Of a DNA stretch of 64,000 nt, positions 19,448-30,999 are shown piece by piece. The position numbers and the translations under genes were made by a program. Location: the IMG/VR virus record IMGVR_UViG_3300034357_000765; one strand, 5' to 3'. Origin of the DNA: a virus. Lineage: Duplodnaviria > Heunggongvirae > Uroviricota > Caudoviricetes. Under the pieces are notes generated by a model that was not told the DNA's origin, made no database searches, and saw nothing but the letters and a program-made list of their open reading frames with translations. Numbering within the stretch: the stretch's first letter is position 1; every line of letters starts with the position of its first letter.

Positions 19448-22400
19448 ATGGCAATTCAAAGTTCATTTCCTAAAGTGGCGGATCAAGTAATAAGCTTCAA
19501 CAAAAACATCGTTGACATACTTACAAAAATAAATAGTGTTACTACAACAACCGAGCCGTCTGTAAATGTGCAGATATTCGACGACAACGGAGTTTTAAGA
19601 AACTTCGCTATACCATCTGTTAACTCTTTGAAATCTGAGATAGATAGGCTTAATAACAATATCAACTCTTTATATAGTATCGATACTACCGGATCTCTTA
19701 TACAGACATCTCCAAACAACTTTAAAAAGCTTATAACGGTTGACTTAAACAGAGAGCCTTCACCTATTGCTAATCTTGGTACGGTAAACTCTTTCAAAGC
19801 AACTAATAACTGGTTTTTTGATTCTATGCTTAACCCAATGTTATCTGTTGAAATAGATTTATCTGGTCAAGTAGAAGACAATGTTAGAAAAGTACAAGTT
19901 AGGAGATATATTGTTGATTTTAACAAAGATGCAAATGGAACAATAACAAATACAGGGCAAGCAGCTCTTAACTCATTCAATCAGCTTTTTAGAAACACAT
20001 CAAATATTGTAATCACAGATTTCGAAAACTGGCACAGAACTACTCCTGGTGTTGTAGCACCTTTGAATCCTAGAATGGATGAACAAGTATTTGATTTAGA
20101 TCCAAACGAACTTCTTTATGAAGGAAACTTTTCTATATTAAGAATACAAGAAGACAGACTTAATAGAAAACTTTGGTACGTACTTGATACATTAGACTAT
20201 TTGAATATTTCTACAAATGGTATTCAAAAACTTTCAGTTGGTAGTGAAGTAATAATAAACAGAAACCAAACATCAACAAGATATAAAGTAATCGAAGTTT
20301 CTACTGCAGAAACAAATCCAAGAGTAAGATTTGAAAAAGTAGAAGGAATGGAAGCAATACCTGTAGGTATTGGAGTATTGAAAATATACTCTCCTATTAT
20401 ATATAACAAAATGATAAAAATCAGTATTGGATACAACGAAAGAAACGTAGTTTTTGCAAAGGCGTTGAATACTGATAATAACTTACTTTGTAGAACTTGG
20501 AGTCCAGGAACAGGATATTGGTCTAATGACCTTAGATTGAGTGCAAACTCTTCTGACAATGGAACTACTATGGAACAATTCTATACTGATTTTGTTTATG
20601 ATTATGGAACAGTTATTCAAGATTTAGTAGCAAAGAAAACTCCTAACAAACTTGCAGGAACTCCTGTGGCACCTACTCTTAATTTGACAAACTTCAAAGT
20701 TGTTCAGATAAACAAACACCTTACGGATACCGCTGATTCAAATGCAATAAAGCAAAAGCACAACCAACAACAAACGTTAAAATCTGAGCTTACCCAATTG
20801 CAACAAGCCATTTTGGATAAAAACAAGAAAGCAAAGGTAGAAAAATATCAATCGGATTCTGGTAAAAAACAAGCATTACTTGAAATACAAGATCTTACTA
20901 AAAAGAAAGAAAGTAAGTCAAGATTGGCTGCAACTCTTACACAAGAGATTATAGACATATCGAGAAATCCTATGTCTAAGGTAGAGCCTAAGTTTAGAGT
21001 TAGAGGATTCTGGACAATACCTGATGCGATAATAACCAGAGGAACTAAACCACAGGAAATAGTTCAGTTCAGAGTTCAATACAGATACATCAGTAAAGAT
21101 GGAAAAGAAACTCCTATCGAAACTTTTAAAGTAGATGATACTCAAAAAACTGCTAGTTTTTCAAACTGGAATGAGTTTAAAACTGATGCTAGAAAAAGAA
21201 CTTTTGATAAAGGAACTGGTCAGTATTCTTGGCAAATAGAAGATGTTACGGCGGCAGATACTCCAAACATAAACCAGTTGGATTTAGCTATACAAGCAAA
21301 TGAAAACATCGAAATAAGAATCAAATCTATTTCAGAAGTTGGGTGGCCTGAGTCTGCAGTAGAATCTGATTGGTCTGAAATATTGACTGTCGCTTTTCCA
21401 ACGGATCTTAATAATGTTCTTAACGACAATGACTTTATATTGAAGGAAGCAACTAAAGAAGACTTAAAGGTTAGAATGGATGCAGAATTGTCTGCCAAAG
21501 GATTGGATGATCACCTTTCTGATACGGTTACTTTAAATAGTAAAACGTACCATCACGATTCTGATAAAATACTATCTGGATTTAAAGATGAAAATGGTGT
21601 TGCATTAGACCTTTATGAATATCTTAAAAAGATGGAAGACAGAATTAAAGGCTTAGAAGAAAAAATCAAAAGAGCTAAAGGTGAACTTGAGATTGTTATT
21701 CTTAGAAACAACCAAGAGTTTATTATCTCTAATGGTTCTGAAACTACATTCACTATTGAATGTGAAGACTACTTAGATCCTTACAAAGCAACTGGAATCC
21801 CTACAGGTAGAGTTTATGCAAACAATATTTATGTAATAAAAGATTTTGTTGTAAAAGTTAAAAACAAATCTGTTGACTCCCCATTAGGATTACTTTCAGA
21901 TAAAAGTTATACTTCAAATGCGACTGCTTACAACTCAAACTCTCCACAGGTTTTTTGGGTAAATGACCATGATGAGTTAATAACAACAGATACTTCTGGA
22001 CAAACTAGAACTCAAATGAACAACCAGTTTATTTGGGCGGTGAACTATAGTTCAATCACTTCTAATAGTGTAAACAAACTAGGCGAGAACATAGGAAACT
22101 CTTTTAAAACAAAGGCAAGTAACTCTATAACGAATGTTCTTTCTTCTACCGAATACAACTTAGGATATAACGAAACTACTATACTTTCTTTTGTAGGAAA
22201 CAACAAGTCTGTTTTAGATAACTCTAAGTGGTTGGATACTAACGTAACGGTAAGTTCTACAACTAAACTTCTTACTACTATACATCCTGTAGTAAAAGAC
22301 CTTGATGATATTGTAGAAACTAATTCAGATAAAGTATACACTATGAAAACTGGTGATACAAATTCTACTATAGTTCCTTTGAACATTTACTTTAAACTTA

Positions 22401-22696
22401 ACGCTTTAGATACAAACCAAAACGGCTTGAACTACAAATATGTAAACTTTAATAATGCTAGAGAAACAGTCAAACATATTAAAAAGGTGAAATTTTCACT
22501 TGAAAATGAGGCAGAAAACAAACCGTTTACATTTACTATCAAGTTCAACATAAACAGAAACAAAGTTATATTCAAAAGACCGGATTCGTTTACAACTCCT
22601 TATACAACCAGAGCAATAAGAGATAACTTCAGACCTTCTCAGTTCGCACTAAGAGAGGCACAGGTATCTACTTTCAACAGAAACATATTTGACTAA
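19448..22696 (+). CDS. large virion structural protein (1082 aa) with coiled-coil segments
   Basis: Long ORF with Lys/Gln/Glu-rich heptad-like stretches at about aa 430-500 and 700-740. Preceded by the promoter-like motif. Confidence 0.55.
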   Translation: MAIQSSFPKVADQVISFNKNIVDILTKINSVTTTTEPSVNVQIFDDNGVLRNFAIPSVNSLKSEIDRLNNNINSLYSIDTTGSLIQTSPNNFKKLITVDLNREPSPIANLGTVNSFKATNNWFFDSMLNPMLSVEIDLSGQVEDNVRKVQVRRYIVDFNKDANGTITNTGQAALNSFNQLFRNTSNIVITDFENWHRTTPGVVAPLNPRMDEQVFDLDPNELLYEGNFSILRIQEDRLNRKLWYVLDTLDYLNISTNGIQKLSVGSEVIINRNQTSTRYKVIEVSTAETNPRVRFEKVEGMEAIPVGIGVLKIYSPIIYNKMIKISIGYNERNVVFAKALNTDNNLLCRTWSPGTGYWSNDLRLSANSSDNGTTMEQFYTDFVYDYGTVIQDLVAKKTPNKLAGTPVAPTLNLTNFKVVQINKHLTDTADSNAIKQKHNQQQTLKSELTQLQQAILDKNKKAKVEKYQSDSGKKQALLEIQDLTKKKESKSRLAATLTQEIIDISRNPMSKVEPKFRVRGFWTIPDAIITRGTKPQEIVQFRVQYRYISKDGKETPIETFKVDDTQKTASFSNWNEFKTDARKRTFDKGTGQYSWQIEDVTAADTPNINQLDLAIQANENIEIRIKSISEVGWPESAVESDWSEILTVAFPTDLNNVLNDNDFILKEATKEDLKVRMDAELSAKGLDDHLSDTVTLNSKTYHHDSDKILSGFKDENGVALDLYEYLKKMEDRIKGLEEKIKRAKGELEIVILRNNQEFIISNGSETTFTIECEDYLDPYKATGIPTGRVYANNIYVIKDFVVKVKNKSVDSPLGLLSDKSYTSNATAYNSNSPQVFWVNDHDELITTDTSGQTRTQMNNQFIWAVNYSSITSNSVNKLGENIGNSFKTKASNSITNVLSSTEYNLGYNETTILSFVGNNKSVLDNSKWLDTNVTVSSTTKLLTTIHPVVKDLDDIVETNSDKVYTMKTGDTNSTIVPLNIYFKLNALDTNQNGLNYKYVNFNNARETVKHIKKVKFSLENEAENKPFTFTIKFNINRNKVIFKRPDSFTTPYTTRAIRDNFRPSQFALREAQVSTFNRNIFD

Positions 22697-22720
22697 AAAA
22701 TTTTAAAGGAAATACTATAA

Positions 22721-25700
22721 ATGAAAAGTTTTGCGATACTTAGAACCAATGCTGGTCTTACTACAAACATTAAAGTTGTGGTGGAAAGTGATTATAGTCT
22801 TAGCTTAGATAGCATAGATTCTACTCCTGAACTTTCTGTTACAAAGCTTAAGAAAATGAGTTTCAATAAGAAGAACTACTTCGATGAGTTGATTCCTTAC
22901 TTCTTTAAGGGATTTCCTGTTGATACTGCGTTTGCTATAAAGTATGAAGATGATTCTGAGTCGATGACTGATAATTTTGCCAATCAATATGATGAGATAT
23001 ACCAATATGGTGCACGAAATATAGTAAGTAACAAAGATTATAAAGAAGAGTTTGAGTATTTTGCACCTCTTCATTTCTCTAAAGGAAAACTTCCAAAGTA
23101 CTTCATCATCTTTAGAGTTGATGGACCAGGTATGATAAAGTTGGATAGACATAACATAAAAGATGAAATATTCAATAACTTCAAAACGGTAAAGCTTTTT
23201 GACATGACCAAAAGCACAAATCTTGGAGAATGGTTAGATAACAATTTTGTGAACAACGAATATTTTCCTACTACTGCAGTCGAAATAAACTTTGATAAAA
23301 TGGAGTTTTCACAATGGAATGGAATAGACTACGATTCCGGTGGCTATACTACAAAGTCTTTGTTCTTAGAAGATTACTTTGAAAAAGAAAAAGAGATATT
23401 TGAATTTGAAAAGTTCGTACTTGACGGATTTAAAAACAACAAAGTCATATATCCGAACATATTAAACTTTTCTTTTCTTTTTGATGACACTCCAGCAACA
23501 GAAAACTCGTTGAAAAAGTGGTCTATAAACAGATATTACGGATTCTATCTTGAAGAGATGGATCAGGTAAAAACTTTGTCACCATACAGAACTCCATTCA
23601 TAAAAGCAGATGCTGTTATAAAGACCGGAAACATATTAGAATCACCTACTGGTGATCCGTTCTCAGAAGGTTGGTCAGATGATAGACCTTTCTATGTAGA
23701 GTATTTAGGTGAATACTATAAGGTAGAAAAGTTTGTAGAAAAACTAGCAAAACCATCTCTTAAACCAGTTGTTAATAAAAATCAGAATCCAGGTCAGGGT
23801 GCAAGAGTTACCACTATGAAGACCAGAAGTAAAGAAATGCCAATGGCGGTTCGTGCAGAAATGGAAGAATATTATGATATAAAACCACTTACCAGTGGAA
23901 CGGTTATAACACAAGAGATTACTGCTACTTATGTAGATAAATGGAGAATAATATCAAATATTGATCTAACTGGAAAACAAGCACTTTTGAACAAAAACAT
24001 AGGATATATAGAATCAACAACTAAAGCGTTGATGAACTATGACAACACACACTTTGATATAGTAGATTTCGAACTTGCGGACCTTTGGGTAATAGAAATA
24101 GACGGTGTATACCATAATCTTATAAAAGAAGATGGTGTTATAAAGATATACAGTGACTATGCCTTCAAATTTTATCAAAACGAATACGAATATTGGATAA
24201 ACAAAACAGACTCTACTTATACTAAAAAAGTAAGTTTTATTGTAGATGCACAGACTATTCCTAAAAAGTTTAAAATATATAGGCTTAGGTTGAGTGATAT
24301 AAAAGACTTTGATGATAAGATTGTTGATACCGAATATTCTAAATTTGAATATGAGATGGATGACGACCTTACCGATACAGAAGAGACAAAGCTATACATG
24401 AACAATCTGAATAGTTTTACACATCCTAAAGAATTAGATGATTTCAACTACAAAAACAAAGTTGTTCACATACCAGCATCTTCTGAATACACAGTAAATC
24501 ATGAAACCTTCAAAATTGTAGGAGACGAAATTTCACCTATATGGAGAAAGAACTCTGTTCATTGTAGATGGGCATTCGAAAACTCTTTAGGTGCAAACGA
24601 TTATCCTTATGTTTTAAACAATTCAATAAGATTTGAAGATTATAACAGAAGTGTTAATCCGTTTGACCCGGACCCTCAGAGAATGGAAAGAAACTTAGAT
24701 TACTTTTATACAATAAACTCTTCTACGTTTTCTTATCTACATCATACACTACATGTTGAAAATAATTCCGAAAAAGGTATTAGTAGATTTTACTTTGATA
24801 TTGATAAATATTTAGGTACTGATACATATGCAGACGGAACAACTACTAAAAAATATAATTTTGACTATTTCTCTTGGTTCTTTGATAGAAAGACTACATT
24901 TTTATCTAATCAAATACAAAAAAACACCAGAAAATATTCTTTATTCTCTGGTGGTGACCAAACTATTCCAAACATTACTTTATTTAGAGGAATAAAGTTT
25001 TTGATACATGAAGTTGATGGTATTAAAAAGAACTCAAATGGTCAAATAGAAACGATAAATACGAAAACATCTAACAAGTTTGAAGATTATAAGTTCAGTA
25101 TACTTTTATCTCACAAGAGTAATGGTATGTATTGGGATGTAATAGACGAATGGAAGATGGATAAAGACTATAAAAAGTCAGATATAGTAGTTTATAACGA
25201 CATACTATATAGAGCACTAAGAAATAGTAAGACAACAATGCCAACGGTTAATAAAAACTCTATTCAGATAAAGGCATTACCATATAATCTAAGTGCAGAC
25301 TGGGAATACTATGTCGATCCAGACATGATAATGTTCAATCCTTTAAATAGTCAGAATAACTACTATTCAAAAGGTTCTGATACACTTTCAAAAGCAGTCG
25401 TTTACAATAGCGGTGACTTTTACATGTTTAACGGATATGAAAAACCTATCGACTTTTGGAATCCTATTATTGCATACAAAACAAACTCTAGGTTATTTAG
25501 AGACTCTAATGGTAGAATAAGTCATATGGGATATTCAATGGGATCTATTGTACTTTATAGAGGAGACTACTATAAATCTACTTTAGATAACAACATATAT
25601 CCACCTAACTATACTCAGGAGTTTTTAAACTCAGTAAACTCATGGCAGAAATATTGGGAGAAAATATCTCCGGTAGACGCTAACTCTACAAGATGGATCG

Positions 25701-27748
25701 AAATACAGATATGGAATCCAAGTTCTACTTATAAACCTAAGGATTATATAGTTCATCATGAGATACTTTATATAGCTAACAATTTAGCTACTACTATAAG
25801 TAGTGGTGATGAACCAGGTATTTCAAATCTATGGAATAGACTATATAGCTTTGTTGAAGATACGACTTTTAAATACCAACCTAATAAGAATCCTTTGATT
25901 AAAACAAACAATGAGTATTATCAGATAATATCAAATCCTTGGGAAATGACTTTAGAAAATGGTATAAACATTTATATAAATGAAAAGTGGAAGCATGTCT
26001 TTGTTAACATAGCAATAAATGATAATACACTGACGGGTTTAAGTAATAAAAACAGAGATGAACTTTATGTTTCTTTGAACAAAAAACTTACTGCAATGAA
26101 TTTTATCGCAGCAATAAATAATCTTTCAAATAAACACGATTTTACAGACTACATTAACTACAAAGTAATAGACTCTAATGGTGTATTGAAGAACTATAAT
26201 TTTGATAACATAGAAAGTCTTCCTTATATAATTTTTGCAGAAAAACCAGAAAGAGTAGATATAAAAGTAAACTCTTTGAATATTAGTCAAGTGAAGGTAT
26301 CTGGTCTTAAAGCAAGCAAAACATTGCCAGATGGTAAGATCGATGATATTACTGAGTTGAACTACTTCAACAACACACATATTGCAACTACGATAGAAAC
26401 AAATCAAAACAATCCAGTTGTTCGAAAAAACTATCATGGTGGTGAAAACATAATAAACGACACCGTATTCCGATTTGGTGGAAACTATGTTCCTTTATTC
26501 TATGATATCGAGCTTTTCAAAAAAGATAATGCTACTGAATATAACGAGATGCAAATCGCTCTTAATGTCGAAAATACACAAGAACTGATATTCTCATTTA
26601 AAAGAAATGGTACTGCAGTTGAGAAAAGGTATACAATATATTCAGGAGCTTCTTACTCTTATGTATCAAACACTATATTTACCGTTCAAAATAATCCTGT
26701 GGTAAAACCAACATCACCAAGTGCGTCTTCAATAAGAGAACTTGGTTCTGCAATTTCAAGATCAAACACACCTATAGTTATTGCAACACAAACTAATAGT
26801 CCAAATCCTAGTTTGGTATGGACTGCTGGTGCATTAGAAGGAGATAAGTATTTGGTAGGAACATCACCAACACTTGATTGGTCAGGAACTTATTCGGTTC
26901 CGGGAACATCTTCTGTATTTTTAAGAAAGAATAGTATTGCTAGTGTAGTTAGAGGATTGGTTGATCCTACTGGAACTTTTATACCTGCATCAAGTACCGC
27001 ATCTATTGTAGGATGGACATCAACATATGCAAGTCTTTCAGGAACTTGGTCTTATACACCTCCAGAAATAAATGATGTCGTGTATATAAAAGATTTGGAC
27101 ACAAACCTAAGATATGATGGTAAAAACTGGATAACTCATATAATAAGTACTACAGGTGTTTTTAGAAACGTTTCTAACTTTGTTGGTGCAGGTTTCTACA
27201 ATCAGATAAAATCCATAATTCTAAACGAAAGTATCTTTTCCGGAATAGACTTCATATTTGAGACACATCCGGTAGATTCTACATATGTCGTAGATGATGT
27301 TCGTAAAGGTTTTTTAGACTATGATAAGACACAAAAAGAAAATGGTCTAATGAGAAACTACAATATTTTGTCTGTAAAATATAAATCTACTTATGGTGAT
27401 TTAAAAGTTGATATATCTAGAATAAAACCAACTTTTTCTATTGATATAACAGACTTCACATCTTTTGGATCTAGTTTACTTGTAACTCTTGGTGCGACCG
27501 GAATGAATCCACCTTTCCAATGGGCTTTTGGATATTCTCCTGAAATAAGTTATGATTCAGATATGTTCGCAACTCAGTCGTTTACTACATCTAACACGTA
27601 TAGTATCTTAGATAGTCCTGATACTCCAATGATCTTTGATGTAAAAGTAATGGATGCCACAGGATTGACTTCAAGTGTAGGATACTATTCTATTAACCAA
27701 ACAGATCCAATCCCTACTAATGGAACATTTAGCTATATAACACTTTAA
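22721..27748 (+). CDS. large virion structural protein (1675 aa)
   Basis: Long ORF 25 nt after the previous gene. Asn/Tyr/Lys-rich with no enzymatic motifs. Located in the structural block. Confidence 0.55.
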   Translation: MKSFAILRTNAGLTTNIKVVVESDYSLSLDSIDSTPELSVTKLKKMSFNKKNYFDELIPYFFKGFPVDTAFAIKYEDDSESMTDNFANQYDEIYQYGARNIVSNKDYKEEFEYFAPLHFSKGKLPKYFIIFRVDGPGMIKLDRHNIKDEIFNNFKTVKLFDMTKSTNLGEWLDNNFVNNEYFPTTAVEINFDKMEFSQWNGIDYDSGGYTTKSLFLEDYFEKEKEIFEFEKFVLDGFKNNKVIYPNILNFSFLFDDTPATENSLKKWSINRYYGFYLEEMDQVKTLSPYRTPFIKADAVIKTGNILESPTGDPFSEGWSDDRPFYVEYLGEYYKVEKFVEKLAKPSLKPVVNKNQNPGQGARVTTMKTRSKEMPMAVRAEMEEYYDIKPLTSGTVITQEITATYVDKWRIISNIDLTGKQALLNKNIGYIESTTKALMNYDNTHFDIVDFELADLWVIEIDGVYHNLIKEDGVIKIYSDYAFKFYQNEYEYWINKTDSTYTKKVSFIVDAQTIPKKFKIYRLRLSDIKDFDDKIVDTEYSKFEYEMDDDLTDTEETKLYMNNLNSFTHPKELDDFNYKNKVVHIPASSEYTVNHETFKIVGDEISPIWRKNSVHCRWAFENSLGANDYPYVLNNSIRFEDYNRSVNPFDPDPQRMERNLDYFYTINSSTFSYLHHTLHVENNSEKGISRFYFDIDKYLGTDTYADGTTTKKYNFDYFSWFFDRKTTFLSNQIQKNTRKYSLFSGGDQTIPNITLFRGIKFLIHEVDGIKKNSNGQIETINTKTSNKFEDYKFSILLSHKSNGMYWDVIDEWKMDKDYKKSDIVVYNDILYRALRNSKTTMPTVNKNSIQIKALPYNLSADWEYYVDPDMIMFNPLNSQNNYYSKGSDTLSKAVVYNSGDFYMFNGYEKPIDFWNPIIAYKTNSRLFRDSNGRISHMGYSMGSIVLYRGDYYKSTLDNNIYPPNYTQEFLNSVNSWQKYWEKISPVDANSTRWIEIQIWNPSSTYKPKDYIVHHEILYIANNLATTISSGDEPGISNLWNRLYSFVEDTTFKYQPNKNPLIKTNNEYYQIISNPWEMTLENGINIYINEKWKHVFVNIAINDNTLTGLSNKNRDELYVSLNKKLTAMNFIAAINNLSNKHDFTDYINYKVIDSNGVLKNYNFDNIESLPYIIFAEKPERVDIKVNSLNISQVKVSGLKASKTLPDGKIDDITELNYFNNTHIATTIETNQNNPVVRKNYHGGENIINDTVFRFGGNYVPLFYDIELFKKDNATEYNEMQIALNVENTQELIFSFKRNGTAVEKRYTIYSGASYSYVSNTIFTVQNNPVVKPTSPSASSIRELGSAISRSNTPIVIATQTNSPNPSLVWTAGALEGDKYLVGTSPTLDWSGTYSVPGTSSVFLRKNSIASVVRGLVDPTGTFIPASSTASIVGWTSTYASLSGTWSYTPPEINDVVYIKDLDTNLRYDGKNWITHIISTTGVFRNVSNFVGAGFYNQIKSIILNESIFSGIDFIFETHPVDSTYVVDDVRKGFLDYDKTQKENGLMRNYNILSVKYKSTYGDLKVDISRIKPTFSIDITDFTSFGSSLLVTLGATGMNPPFQWAFGYSPEISYDSDMFATQSFTTSNTYSILDSPDTPMIFDVKVMDATGLTSSVGYYSINQTDPIPTNGTFSYITL

Positions 27749-27749
27749 T

Positions 27750-27760
27750 TTTAATATATA
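27750..27760 (+). promoter_or_regulatory. TTTAATATATA element
   Basis: Exact motif starting 2 nt after the stop of the 1675-aa gene and 19 nt upstream of the ATG at 27779. Confidence 0.55.
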
Positions 27761-27778
27761 ATAAAAATAATCTTTGAT

Positions 27779-28195
27779 ATGTCCTTTTATAGTCAGACTT
27801 CATACACAAAATCAGAATCTTCTTTCTACAAACCTTTGTATGGAAATTACAAGTTCGATACGGATCTTACAGACTTTGGACTAATGCTTGAAAGAAGAGT
27901 AAGAAAGGTCAATAGAAAAGGTAGTGTTTTAAAACTTCAAACAAATTCTATATACCCTATGCTTGATGAGTTTGGTTACACTTTCATGGACTTCTTCATA
28001 TTCAGATCTACGTGGGATCAAGGATATCATTTTGAAACAATAGTTCCGGAAGAAAGAACTTTCAAAGATACAAGAAGTTTTAAATCTCAAGAAGTTGACA
28101 ATGTAGACAGAGTAATAAAGAGATTTGAAAAAGAAAACTTTGTGATTGGAAGATCCTATGTTCAAACTAGAAACCAAAACAACTTAGATAGATAA
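27779..28195 (+). CDS. hypothetical protein (138 aa)
   Basis: ORF whose stop overlaps the next start (TAATG). Confidence 0.5.
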   Translation: MSFYSQTSYTKSESSFYKPLYGNYKFDTDLTDFGLMLERRVRKVNRKGSVLKLQTNSIYPMLDEFGYTFMDFFIFRSTWDQGYHFETIVPEERTFKDTRSFKSQEVDNVDRVIKRFEKENFVIGRSYVQTRNQNNLDR

Positions 28196-28884
28196 TGAGA
28201 AGAAACTATATATCACCAGAATTTGAACATAAAGAAGTATATGGAACCTACAATATGGTCGAAGAAAGTAATTTCTTTGGTGCAAAAATGCTTGAAATAG
28301 AAGATAGTATATTAATAAACAATCAAAACATAATCTATTACCAGATGCCAAACGGTGAACAGTTAGATTTATCGGTTGAGAACACACTTCAGTCGTATGT
28401 TTATTCTGCTTCCGTAGACAAAGAAAAGAATCATATATTAACTATTGATCCAACACAAACAGAATATACAAAAGAAAATCTTACTAATTGGACACTTGAT
28501 TTGAACCTAAAAGGAATACTTGCAAACTATCTTTTCGCAGAACTGAAAAGTTGGAGAACATTTGAAGGAATAAGAACCAATATGAACTATTACAATGATG
28601 TAAATGCCGCAATAAACAACTACATAAATTTCAATGTAATAGATAGATACAAACTATCAAGTATAGATTTGTATTTAAGATATAAAGATTTGAGAAGTCA
28701 AAATCTTCTTAGATATAAGAATGCATGGAATTCTGAAATAGTAAGTCCCACAACTAAGTTCACAAAGTTTCAATCTGAAATGTCAGTAGATGGTGGATAT
28801 GCCAAAGTAACTTTCAACCAGCAACAACCAAGTTCTTTATATACTTTTGAATATTTCTTTAATCTTAATTTTGAAAAGTTATAA
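28195..28884 (+). CDS. hypothetical protein (229 aa)
   Basis: ORF followed by a bidirectional terminator. Confidence 0.5.
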   Translation: MRRNYISPEFEHKEVYGTYNMVEESNFFGAKMLEIEDSILINNQNIIYYQMPNGEQLDLSVENTLQSYVYSASVDKEKNHILTIDPTQTEYTKENLTNWTLDLNLKGILANYLFAELKSWRTFEGIRTNMNYYNDVNAAINNYINFNVIDRYKLSSIDLYLRYKDLRSQNLLRYKNAWNSEIVSPTTKFTKFQSEMSVDGGYAKVTFNQQQPSSLYTFEYFFNLNFEKL

Positions 28885-28890
28885 AAATAA

Positions 28891-28921
28891 AAAAAGTCTC
28901 AGATTTCTCTGAGACTTTTTT
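28891..28921. terminator. bidirectional intrinsic terminator (agtctcaga tttct ctgagact) with flanking A and T runs
   Basis: Inverted repeat between the convergent genes 28195..28884 (+) and 28938..30044 (-). Confidence 0.75.
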
Positions 28922-28937
28922 ACTTGCCTACCAATTC

Positions 28938-30044
28938 TTAACCAATAGTTAAGAATATTTTTCTACTCATTCTGTCGACAGATAGAACTTTCACTTTAAG
29001 TTCTTGTCCAGGAATAAACTTTTTACCAAGTTTCTCCATTTCAGATGTGTGGATCAATCCAACAGTCTCTGCGTCAAGATTGATTAGAGTACCAAATTGT
29101 TTGGTGTCTTTAACAACTCCATCCAATACTTGTCCGTTTTTGATGTTGTCCCAAAGGGTCTCTCTCAAAATCTGAGTAAGGATGATTTTGTCTTTGATAA
29201 TCTCTTTCACGTAGAATTCGATTTCAAATCCAGGCTTGATGTCGCCAAGTTTGTCTTGCCATTCAGGGTGTACGTTTGCTTTGTGGATCATACCAGTCAA
29301 GCATTCGTTGAACTCTACGAATACACCAAATGGTGCAGTTCCTGTAACGTGTCCGTTGTAGACCGTTTCTTGGTTAAGTTCTTTGATTGCAGCACCACTA
29401 AGAGTGTGAAGGTATTTTCTTCTACTCACGATGTAAGTTCCCTCATGCTCAGAAAAAGACTCAATCATTACTTCAAAAGTAACACCAACGATAGAAGTTG
29501 GATCAACTAACTTGTTGATTCCTGCTAAAGTGTTTGGCATGAATCCTGGAAGTGTAACACCACCATTGTAAATCTCTACTTCGTATCCAGCTGGGTTAAG
29601 AGCTTTAACTAATACAGTTACTGATTCACCTTCTTCTAAAGATTTAAGATTTGCGTGAGCTCTTGATTCATAAAGAGTCGCAATACTTCCTTTGATAAGG
29701 TAGTTTTTTTCGTTGATGTCAACGATGATAACATCTACAACATCACCAACTTCGATGTTTTTAAGATATTTTGCTTCATTTGGTCTGTCGTCTACTCTAA
29801 CGTAGTCTTTGTAACCAGCAACTTCAAAAAGATATTGATCTCCTTTGTGACCAACATATACAGAAGGAGAAACCGCTCCTTTTTCCGGAACCTGAACTTC
29901 AAAATCTCCGTAGAGTTTTTCTAACGCCAAATACTCAGGTGTCTTTTTAACGTTTTTGTTTTTTTTACCATTTCTGGTAGTGAAAGAAGTGTCTTCAAAT
30001 AAGTAAGCCAATTCTTCGTTTCCGATTGTGTTATTCATATTCAT
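28938..30044 (-). CDS. ribosomal protein S1-like protein with four tandem S1 (OB-fold) RNA-binding domains
   Basis: Four segments of about 70 aa each, with a G-x-V-x-G-x-V and ...GL.H.SE... S1-domain pattern (GDVVDVIIVDI..., GESVTVLVKAL..., GHVTGTAPFGVFVEF..., GQVLDGVVKDTKQFGTLINL...GLIHTSE). Confidence 0.7.
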   Translation of the reverse strand: MNMNNTIGNEELAYLFEDTSFTTRNGKKNKNVKKTPEYLALEKLYGDFEVQVPEKGAVSPSVYVGHKGDQYLFEVAGYKDYVRVDDRPNEAKYLKNIEVGDVVDVIIVDINEKNYLIKGSIATLYESRAHANLKSLEEGESVTVLVKALNPAGYEVEIYNGGVTLPGFMPNTLAGINKLVDPTSIVGVTFEVMIESFSEHEGTYIVSRRKYLHTLSGAAIKELNQETVYNGHVTGTAPFGVFVEFNECLTGMIHKANVHPEWQDKLGDIKPGFEIEFYVKEIIKDKIILTQILRETLWDNIKNGQVLDGVVKDTKQFGTLINLDAETVGLIHTSEMEKLGKKFIPGQELKVKVLSVDRMSRKIFLTIG

Positions 30045-30091
30045 ATTTTTTAGAGTGATGATATTTATAGTTTGTTATTTGTTAAAGTTTT

Positions 30092-30484
30092 CTATTTTAT
30101 TCTTTTTATTTTATTCTTTGCCATATAATCTCTGACTCTTGCAGCATCTTCATATTTCTCTTCAAATAGAAGTTTATCCAACCTTTCGTTTAAGTCTGCT
30201 TCTATTTCTTCCGGAGTCTTTCCCTTTTCGAGAAGTTTGATGTCATCTGTAAATGAACTATAATAATCGTTCATTTTTCCTATGTCCAAAAAGTATATAG
30301 GTTGTTTGGCTTTATCATCATCTTCCGAAGAAAGATTTGTGAGCTTTCCATTTTCTGAAACTTTTTTGATGAATTCTGGACTGAACGCAGAATTTTCTAT
30401 AAGATATTTAGCCAGGTGATAAGGCCTGTTTTTGAACATCTTTAGTAAGATTACTAAGTTTCTGTATAAATCCTCATTTTCCAT
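30092..30484 (-). CDS. hypothetical protein with a C-terminal UVR-like motif (FEEKYEDAARVRDYM). The start is trimmed to the ATG at 30484.
   Basis: The ORF-track N-terminal extension to 30559 overlaps the divergent gene. MENEDLYRNL begins at the ATG at 30484. The C-terminus resembles the UvrB/UvrC UVR helix (EFEEAARLRD). Confidence 0.4.
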   Translation of the reverse strand: MENEDLYRNLVILLKMFKNRPYHLAKYLIENSAFSPEFIKKVSENGKLTNLSSEDDDKAKQPIYFLDIGKMNDYYSSFTDDIKLLEKGKTPEEIEADLNERLDKLLFEEKYEDAARVRDYMAKNKIKRIK

Positions 30485-30510
30485 AAATATTGTATCCAAA
30501 AAATGAAATA

Positions 30511-30523
30511 AGTTTATTAATAT
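30511..30523. promoter_or_regulatory. TTATTAATATATAG motif variant in the divergent region
   Basis: Lies 10 nt upstream of the ATG at 30533. Its reverse complement faces the minus-strand gene that starts at 30484. Confidence 0.45.
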
Positions 30524-30532
30524 ATAGAGATA

Positions 30533-30999
30533 TGAAACATTTAGTATTATTTGAAGCATTCAATAGACCTTACATAGACAGAAGAGCTATGGCTTCCAGA
30601 AAGCCGGTAGAGATTGGTTATTTAAAACAACCAGTTGAGATAAGGATCGAGATTGAAAAGCCACCACATGCTGCCGATAGACAATGGAGACACGGTGTGA
30701 GTGAAATGATAACGGACGATGATATCATTGAAACCGTAGAATTAGCGATTGAAGAGTTGACTATCGCACTTATGCAGGATCAGTTCGACATCTATCAAAA
30801 CGAGGACAACTACCCAACAAGAGGAGTGAAGGCAGGAGAGCCAAACAGATTCGTAATAAGAAACAAAACAAACGATTTGAACGTTGTTTGTATACTTCAG
30901 CCAGGTGATTATGAGTTTAAACTGACCGTAATAACTATAATGACAAAAGAAGATTTTAAAACAAATCCAGGACAATACGTTCTAGAAGTTGAATCATAA
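30533..30999 (+). CDS. hypothetical protein. The start is taken as the ATG at 30533 (MKHLVLFEAF).
   Basis: The ORF-track start at 30490 would overlap the divergent gene and the motif. The ATG at 30533 sits just after the motif. Confidence 0.45.
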